Assembly (NCBI GenBank): GCA_043228905.1
Contig: JBHGNT010000005.1
Location: 6,758,001-6,822,000 of the forward strand
Length of the DNA: 64,000 nucleotides
Source of the DNA: Azolla caroliniana
Lineage: Eukaryota; Plantae; Polypodiophyta
Direction: 5' to 3'
Made by a program: the position numbers and the translations under genes. Shown here one piece after another: positions 55,874-64,000 of this stretch. The stretch's first letter is position 1, and each line of letters begins with the position of its first letter. Below the pieces are notes generated by a model. That model was not told where the DNA came from and ran no database searches. It saw nothing but the letters and a program-made list of their open reading frames with translations.

Positions 55874-56003
55874 TGTCGCGTTGTTACGCGCGTGCGTGGA
55901 GAAAGACGGGACCGCGGGGGTCTTGGACTAGGGAGAGACGGAGCGTAGGAAGTCGTGCTTCATTGTTTCTGGGGCATCCCGGAAGCACCTCGGAAGCACC
56001 CGA

Positions 56004-56097
<94 letters not shown>

Positions 56098-56705
56098 CTT
56101 AACACCGACTCACGCACACACACACACACACACGCACACACATCCCAACCTGACTCACGCCTTATGTACAGAAAACGCAGGAGAGGTTAAGCACCCGACG
56201 CCAACAACGACGCGAATATACACAGACAAACGTATATATATTTATATATATAAAGGGAAGAATACATTCCCGGCGTCGTAGGTTACAGTAGTCGTCAGCT
56301 GCTAAGCCGCTGTCGGGGAGCTCTCAGCTCGTCGCGCCGAGCGGGGTCTTGCACAGGAGGCCGAACCAAAGCAAACCCTAAGCGAACACGAAGGGGAAGA
56401 GGAAGGAGAAGAAGAAGAAAAAAAACCTAACTCTAAACCTAACGGTATACCCTCTAATGCAAAACGGGCAACCCTTTCACAAAGGTTGTTCCCTTCCTTT
56501 TATAGAACAAGGAAAGGGATGCGTTACAATGTGGGACAAATCCCGCCTTCCATGGGATCGTTCGCCCCGACTTGACTACTCTTTGGCACCATAAAGGCGC
56601 CCTCGATATTCACACTAAATGTACATGGGTGTGTACACATGCTGCACCCCGCCGATGTAGCCAATGTTTCCCGGTTTCCGCCTCTAGCCGAAATTCTTCA
56701 CGACA
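55874..56705 (-). mobile_element. Solo-LTR-like insert A of the TGTC...GACA family (832 bp)
   Basis: TGTCGCG...CACGACA termini; flanks AAGT / ACGT; minus-strand TATAAAA at 56498-56504. Shares GGGGTCTTGGACT.GGGAG and CGGTTTC...TAGCCGAAA.TC.TCACGACA with insert C. Contains a long (GA)n run. Confidence 0.75.
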
Positions 56706-57357
56706 ACGTGTATAATACCTCCCAATTTAAAAATACGTTAAGTACGTTTTTTAATATGTTAAATACTTATAAAATACGTAAAAGACTTATATTTTACGTA
56801 TAGTATGTTAAATACTTTTAGAATTTGAAAAATTATTTACCTTTCTAAACAATATTTGTAATATTGTAAAAAGCATCTATGTTTACACAATTTTGTGATG
56901 TACATTATAGTTCTATATCCTAAAATGCATATAAGACATTTGAACATTTCACATCCTAAAATACTTATAATATGGATGCCGACATTCACTTGTTCTATAA
57001 ATAAGTGTAAGTGTGTATCACGATGTTCTACTTCAAATTGTAATTATTTAGAATTATGCCTTCATTGATTGAGGAATCATCTACAATTATCACACTCATT
57101 ATAGGTTTCTGCCTTCTTTTCTCTCTTCATCATCATCATCATCATCATCATCATCTTCTATCTTTTGTGATTATCACGCTCAGAGTCAGGACAGGTTTCT
57201 TTCTTCTTTTCTCTCTTTTTCGTCTTCTTCTTCTTATCTCTTCTGTTCTTCTTTTCGCTTCTTTTTCACTATAATCTTTTTTTCTTTTGCTTTTTGTTGG
57301 AGTTTTATTTACATTTTTTTATAAATACATATTATACCTATTTTTTCAAATGAATGT

Positions 57358-58420
57358 TGTCGTAAAGATTTTCACCAACGGTGTGAAAATTGAATGGAAT
57401 GTACAAAATCGAGTGTGGTTCTTCACACACGACATAAAACAATAATAGTGAAGATAGTATTTTATACTAGTTTAATATCTTGGTACAAAAAGATGGAGGT
57501 CCTCAAGAGCTTCCGAATGTACTTTATGACATTTGAAACAGACAACTAAATGTCAAGTTATGTGAATGTAAAGTTTGAGAAGAAGAACAGAAAAACAAAA
57601 TTGTGAGATATCTCACATAGATAGGAGAACATCACGATTCAAGAGTATATAAGTAGAGGCATATCTCTTTATATTTCATTTATGTGTTAGGAGCACAAAA
57701 AGGTTGGGTTGTATAACTTGGACGAATGGATACGGCCAAGTTATTCAAATAGTATTTTCGACGGCGACGGAACCAGAACCAGATGGCGATCGAACAGAGC
57801 TGGCGACACGACAATGGACAAGATCAGATTGAATCGGTCGAGACAAACGAATCGGTCGGTTGATCGTGGTGCATGGTGTTTTGAAGATTTTTAGTGTAAA
57901 TACAAGACCAAAAGCCTAGTAGTATTTTGTGTTTTAAAAGAGATGTGAGCAAGGCTTGAACCTTGCACCTCCAAGTTGAAAGTCAATAGGCTTACCATTA
58001 AGCCAAGTTATATCTTCAAAAGCTTTAACATGTAAATTCTCATACATGAGTGACATGGTTATCATGTTACACATGTAATACATGAGCGCCAAATGGCAAA
58101 CATGCATCTCATGCATGTCTTGCACCCTCACAGGCATCATGTGCACGGGGGCATCTATAAAAGAGTGGTTGGAGAGGAAAAACGGGCTATGTATTAATCA
58201 AGAAATTAAGAGGAAGAAAATTCGTTATCCCATTTTTGTGATGTATTAATCTTGTCTCTCAAATCTAAAGTCAAGTGTTCTATCTTATCTCAATCTCTCT
58301 CTCTTTCAATCTATCTTAAATACTTTCTCGCTAAAGCTAGTGCAAACTTCGAATCCTTCCGGTCCAGAACCCCGGCGGTTTCGCCTCACGATCCGCATGT
58401 AGTGACAGATCTTCACGACA
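57358..58420 (+). mobile_element. Solo-LTR-like insert B of the same family (1063 bp), opposite orientation
   Basis: TGTCGTAAAGATTTTC...GATCTTCACGACA; both ends match reverse complements of the ends of inserts A and C. Flanks ATGT / ACGT; TATAAAA at 58156. Confidence 0.75.
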
Positions 58421-58452
58421 ACGTTAAATATTGTATTGGACAAATGTACATG

Positions 58453-59008
58453 ATATTTGACTGAACAACATTAAGGTATAGTGCGTACTATACAAATTAT
58501 GAGGTACTATACGTATTTAAACGTTAAATATGGGTACGTAAACAACCATGCTGAGTCTTGATTCATCCCAACTCTCCAAACCCCCGGTTTGGTTTGTCCC
58601 AATTTTAGAGTATTGTAAGCTTTTCTCTTAGATATAATATTTGACTGAACAACATTAAGGTATAGTGTGTACTATACAAATTATGAGGTACTATACGTAT
58701 TTAAACGTTAAATATGGGTACGTAAACAACCATGTTGAGTCTTGATTCATCCCAACTCTCCAAACCCTTGGTTTGGTTTGTCCCAATTTTAGAGTATTGT
58801 AAGCTTTTCTCTTAGATATAATATTTGACTGAACAACATTAAGGTATAGTGTGTACTATACAAATTATGAGGTACTATACGTATTTAAACGTTAAATATG
58901 GGTACGTAAACAACCATGTTGAGTTTTGATTCATCCCAACTCTCCAAACCCCTGGTTTGGTTTGTCCCAATTTTAGAGTATTGTAAGCTTTTCTCTTAGA
59001 TATAATAT
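58453..59008. repeat. Tandem array, 3 x 184 bp, nearly identical copies
   Basis: ATTTGACTGAACAACATTAAGG at 58455, 58639 and 58823. Confidence 0.95.
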
Positions 59009-60755
59009 GAATCCTCTTTTGTGTCCCAATCGTGTTTTGTATGTGTTTCAAGACCCTCATAAAGTAGGTGCATAACAATGGGACTTGATGTTGGTTTACG
59101 ATGGTAGCCTCAACAATTGACACAACTCATTGCGAAGTTTACAAAGTGGTGCTTTGGTTTTTATGTGGTAATTAGGAAGAATGATAATGCAATTTACAAC
59201 CTTTCACATATTGAGGGAAGATGATTGGTTGTGCTTGTTGCAAGGAAATGAGTCTAATTTTAAAAGTGATATAAAGAGAGTGTCGAATACGGGTCTCTAA
59301 TGGCCGTATTCACACAGTCTCTTTCGACAATCTAGGTTTAGGACATTTTTGTAAATATGTCAAAGGGCAGTTAGTATATAAAGGGCTTTGTAACCTAGCT
59401 AATAAGGTTGTAGCTATTCTTAGAGAGAGTTGCTGCCTCCAATGTATCGTAATCATTCTTTGAATAATACTGTTACATTGTATGCCTCTCTCTCTCTCAC
59501 ACACACACACACAGATTCTATGTTGTATCTTGCTTACACATGCTAACTCGATTATCTTTATCTCAAGGTGTTGTTTATGTTTCCGCATTGACGGCGGCTT
59601 TAGTTCTCAACATCTGGTATCAGAGAGAAGGTTCTTCAACTCAATGTCAACCATCATCAGTCTTCAACAACATTCTTGCTTCATCTCCCTTGAAGAACCT
59701 GAGTTCAAGATCTCATCTTGAGAAGAGAAAGAAAACATAAGATTTACACTCCACCAAGCTACATCACTCTTGAGGTAAGCTAGTTGGTTGTACCTTGCTT
59801 CTGTGGTTGGAGCCGCTAGGAGTGGAATCTCTATCAAATCAGCCACGATCGTGCTTTACCAGGTTAGACATTATCTACTCACTTGTTGTAACCTCTCAAA
59901 GCAGATCCAACTCCAGGGAACAACCCCAATCTATGTTTCATTCGGTTGAACGACACTCGTGAGGACCAATTGGCTCCGTCCCTCTCATCGTTGTAGTCAC
60001 CCGAAGCAAGATCGGCCTGGATAATCGGCACATAATTTGTGATCGACATCTCGAAATCGCCATTTGACATCGAAGCGGCAAACTAGAGTCCAACTCGGTT
60101 AAGTTAATTGACTGTAGTCACTTCGAACAAAATCCGCCAATAGTTGAAGTCGATTCGACTTGTGTCCAAATCCAACTAAAACAACATTGAGTGAGCCAGT
60201 CGGCCGCTATTCATATTCGACTAAGGACAAAGTCTAGTAAATCGACACAGATAGCATCAACATCTGGCTCGTCAGAGATGAGTCTAAGGAAGTTTCAGGA
60301 ATCAAACTTCAACTTCTAGAAGGAACATATTCAAGACTATCTGATAGTTAAGGGTCAGATAGATCCAATTGAGAACGAAAACCCTCTAGAAGGAATCAAT
60401 CCGAATGAGTGGACGAAACTTGATAGTGTTGTCTGAGCCACCATTCGGATGCAACTATCGGAATCAGTGTACTTCACAATGCAATTGTGTTCGGCTACCT
60501 TCCAACAATGGAAGACACTTTCGGAAACCTATGAGAAGAAAGTTGCCGCCTCAAAGATATATTTGATTTGGCGCCTCTACAACTTGCGGATGAAAGAATC
60601 TGACTCGGTCCAAGCACACTTGAATGAGTACGAAAGTTTAAGCTCCCAAATTTCGGCTCAGGGGACGACAATCGAAGATGAACTAACAGCAAAGTTGCTC
60701 ATGAGTAGTCTCCCCCCTTCGTGGGAAACTTTCTTCACTACTGTGTGCAACGCGT

Positions 60756-61397
60756 TGTCGCGAAGATTCGTGCGTGCGTGTGCTACTCAAGCGACCACCG
60801 GGGTCTTGGACTGGGGAGGACATTCGCGGAATTATCGGAGAGATGACGATCAATGTAAGATTAGATGAAATTGTTTTACTTGAGAAGAAGAAAGATTTTA
60901 CACTTGAGAAGTAGAAAAATATGAAGAAGATAAAGACAAATATAATTATATTGATGATAATGGTGTTGGTGATATCACATATTGAGCCCCCCTTACACAA
61001 GCTCAAGTAGAGGCTTTTATAGGTCTTTCCATGCTTGTGATATGCACAAAACCATGGGCTATGGTTTTGTGCACACGGTTTTGCTTATGTCATGCACAAA
61101 CCATGGGTTTAGAACCATGGTTTTGTGCACATGGTTTTCTAATGGTTGTTTCATCTATAATTCATATATGAAAAGTAAATACATAAAATCTACACTATAT
61201 GATAGTTGTCCTAGTGGTAAGGCAATTATCGTGTATCTTAGAGGTGCAAGGTTCAAACCTTGCATGCACCCCTCTGTATGAACTCAAGTGCCACTAGGCC
61301 TTAGGAGGCTTATTTGCTAAGTGTATGTGCAATGTTGCACATCCTTGGTTTATTCGTCTCACTCGGTTTCACACCGTAGCCGAAAATCGTCACGACA
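60756..61397 (-). mobile_element. Solo-LTR-like insert C (642 bp) nested in Copia gag
   Basis: TGTCGCGAAGATT...AATCGTCACGACA (13-bp imperfect inverted ends). Flanks GCGT / TCGT; removing the insert plus 4 bp restores gag V-C-N-A-S-T-T-I-V-K. Minus-strand TATAAAA at 61015-61021. Confidence 0.85.
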
Positions 61398-61816
61398 TCG
61401 TCAACTACTATCGTTAAGTAATCTTTAGTCACTAGCGCAATCTTGACTGAATCAACTCGGATAAAATCATTTGCAAAAGATTCGACCAACGACGCTTACG
61501 TTCGATTAAACTATTGAACAATCGAGGAAGAAGTTCTTCTCGATAGCCGAACAACTAGCGAATTCAGAGCAAGTCCCGGAAAACCGAATCTACAACTACT
61601 GCAAGAAACCCGGGCACATCAAAGCCGATTGTCGTGCGCTCAAAGCCAAGAATGATAAGGCTCAGTGAGTTGATCAAAAGAGTGGTCGGCATGAAGAGGT
61701 CAACTACGTCGACTCTTCAGCTGAAGTACTGTCGAATGACTCAAACATATTATCCATTGAGAACCCAATCGAATAAGAAGTTCTGCTTACGATTGAGGAA
61801 TCAAGTACATGGTTGT

Positions 61817-63217
61817 TGTCATGACTTTGACGCTTCACGATATCAAAACAATGTAAAAAATCTATAGAAACACATTTCCCATCTGGAGCTGATGACAAGG
61901 AGCATGTACAATTTTTCGGTTCGTGAATCGGAGTTCAGAAGCTCAAGATACAGCCTCCAGAAAGATTAATGTTAACTTCACGATCACTTAGGACACAAAT
62001 GTAATTATATCAAAAATGGGGAGTTCGAAATTAAATGAAGGTGATTTTGTAATTTATCAATTGTAAAAGTATAAAATAGAATTTGTAAATAAATAAAATA
62101 AGTATAATAATATTATTAAATAACCACCCCTACATGAGGGGGTTTGTCAACAGCCTCAAGAGGGTGGTTGGGCGGTTGACCCCCATATAAAAGCCACCCC
62201 AATGGTGGCTATAGAGAGGAGAAGGGGAAGAAAGGAAGGAAGAAGAGAAAGTGAGGAAGAAGCTCGCAAGGGAAGGATGCAGAGGTCGCTCAAGAAGTGA
62301 GTGGCCTGTTGAACAGAAGACAAAAATTAAAGAAAGGGAAAGGGAAATTGAGGAAATGGGGAAGTTGAAGTGGTTTATCTCAAGGTTGTGAGTTTGAGTT
62401 CTACCAAAACAATCTTTTTTTGGTAAACAAGTCAAACTCCTCCCAAAACAATCTTCTTTTGGTAAACAAGTTTTGTAACATAAAAATAGGGAATATAAAG
62501 ACAAAGAAAGTTAAATTAATTGTTGAGAATCAAGCTCAACATAGTGCAATGTGTAAACACACCTTTTAAGAATCCATGATTACTCAAAGGTCAAGAGTCA
62601 CAGCACTACTCTCTACACATTAACTATGTGTCATATAATCATATTCTATGACACATAACTAGTGAGTTACATATTCCCCATGACTATGAGTCTTCACATT
62701 CCCCAAGAGAGAGAGTGGTTGTTGTAAAGTTAATGAAGAGAGAGGGTGACTCTATATAAAGCATCCTCCTCATACTTCATACTAAGTCGGTTGTGACTCC
62801 TTATTATGCTACATTTTGTAATTCTTATTCTACTTGTGAAATATACACCTTCTTCTTGAGTATTCCTTTTTTCTATCTATCTTGTGTTCTCTCATCTCTC
62901 CTCTAAATCCTCTCACAGATACACATAACACACATCTCTTCTGCTACACAAGAATCATACCCGATTCTTTACATTATTATAAAAAGAAAAGTGTTGAAGT
63001 AGTTGATTTAATAAGCCTTACATCCAAGAAAGGAGAGGAGTTGAGTTTGAGTCTTGCCAAATAACATTTTGGCAAACAAATATTGTAACTGTGTTTTTTA
63101 CAAATAAAATTCTTTTCGCAACAACGTTGCATCTATCTTGCCTTCTTGGCTTCTTGTCATCGCACCATCACAAAACCCTGGCAGTTGCGACACACAACCA
63201 CAATCTTTACGACGACA
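61817..63217 (+). mobile_element. LTR-derived insert D (about 1.4 kb, probably composite) nested in Copia protease
   Basis: TGTCATGAC...TTTACGACGACA; its 3' end (AACCCTGGCAGTT...ATCTTTACGAC) resembles the 3' end of insert B. Two TATA-like boxes (about 62186 and 62752). Flanks do not match (TTGT / ACGC). Confidence 0.65.
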
Positions 63218-64000
63218 ACGCCCTACCATGTGACTCCTCACAGATCCCAGTTTCGACAATATTCGGTTCGATACTCTAACTCAATACAAGTCGGAAATTC
63301 GCAACATTGTGCTATCATCGGAGTCGGCATTGTAGTACTTAATCTCCCCGGTGGTTCTACATTAGTATGACAGAATGTCTTACATGTACCTGAGCTCTCA
63401 AGACCTTTGATCTCAGTCGAACAATTGTATGAAGACGGCATTTGTGTCGGCTTCTCACCAAGAGGGTGGACACTCCACAAGGGGAACCTCTTGCTTGCCC
63501 AAGGATCGAAAGTACATTCATTGTACCCACTATACCTCACACTTAGAGAAGGTGACTTGTTCCTGGTTGATATTCCCGTGTCTTCACTATGGCATGGACA
63601 ACTCGGACACCTCAGCAAGCCTGGCATAACGCATTTATATAGAACTAGATACATTGCCAAACTCTCCTTCTCCGATCATCAATTTTGCGAGCATTTCCAA
63701 TATGGCAAACAGATAGTTGCATCACACCCGACATGAGCATCAAGAGAATCAAGTCCACTCAATTTGGTCCACTCGGACATTTGTGGCCCTGTGCCACATA
63801 ATTCTCTCAATGGTGCCTTGTACTTCGCCAGTTTTATTGACAATTCGACTCGAAAGCTGTGGGCCTATCCGATTAAAACCAAAGACCGAGTGTTCTAGAT
63901 CTTCTCCATATGGCTCTCTATGGTAGAGAACCAGTCTGGTCAAAAGTTAAAATGCCTTCTGACCGACAATGGAAGAGAGTTCAAGTATGAAGAATTCATC

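Larger units (their letters stand above)
59281..64000 (+). mobile_element. Ty1/Copia (Tnt1-like) element, gag-PR-INT, interrupted twice and running off the window
   Basis: PBS TGGTATCAGAG at 59615-59625 after a CA end. Gag from 60278 (KFQESNFNF*K..IQDYL; LYNLRMKE; LMSSLPPSWE). Zinc knuckle NYCKKPGHIKADC at about 61595. Protease TWL/...YHVTPH split by an insertion. Integrase LWHGQLGH, LVHSDICGP and TDNGREF. Premature stops present. The LTR start is approximate and the link between this PBS and gag is assumed. Confidence 0.88.

Noticed and set aside
57941-58014. Functional tRNA genes at 57941-58014, 61201-61272 and 50381-50445
   Set aside because: No clean acceptor or anticodon stems and non-canonical T-loop geometry. 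Kept only as tRNA-derived cassettes.
58453-59008. Tandem arrays (also 12892-13127 and 14104-14330) as CRISPR-like arrays
   Set aside because: Units repeat in full with no unique spacers, there are no cas genes, and the context is eukaryotic.
59970-59990. TGGCTCCGTCC as a second primer-binding site
   Set aside because: The match to any tRNA 3' end I can recall is too short to support it.

Overview
Eukaryotic land-plant nuclear DNA: AT-rich, GT-AG introns, dense (AG)n/(AAG)n microsatellites and decayed plant-type retroelements. A seed-free vascular plant such as a fern is my guess from overall character only. Four intact host genes can be spliced together by hand: TMEM18 (4 exons, +), a divergent WIP/STOP1/ATMIN-type four-finger C2H2 factor (2 exons, -), a DUF1640/CCDC90/FMP32-like mitochondrial protein (9 exons, +, with a 6 kb transposon-filled intron) and a NAP/ATAF-group NAC factor (3 exons, +). 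There are also two unidentified ORF-bearing loci (424-1203; 22268-23573). The rest is Copia, Gypsy and LINE remnants, a hAT-like end, MITE-like hairpins and short tandem arrays. The most unusual signal is in the last 9 kb: 3-4 related TGTC...GACA solo-LTR-like inserts with apparent 4-bp NCGT-type target duplications. Two of them carry a tRNA-like A-box/B-box cassette antisense to, and upstream of, their TATA box. No prokaryotic-type systems (CRISPR, operons) are present. All calls are by eye, without database searches.
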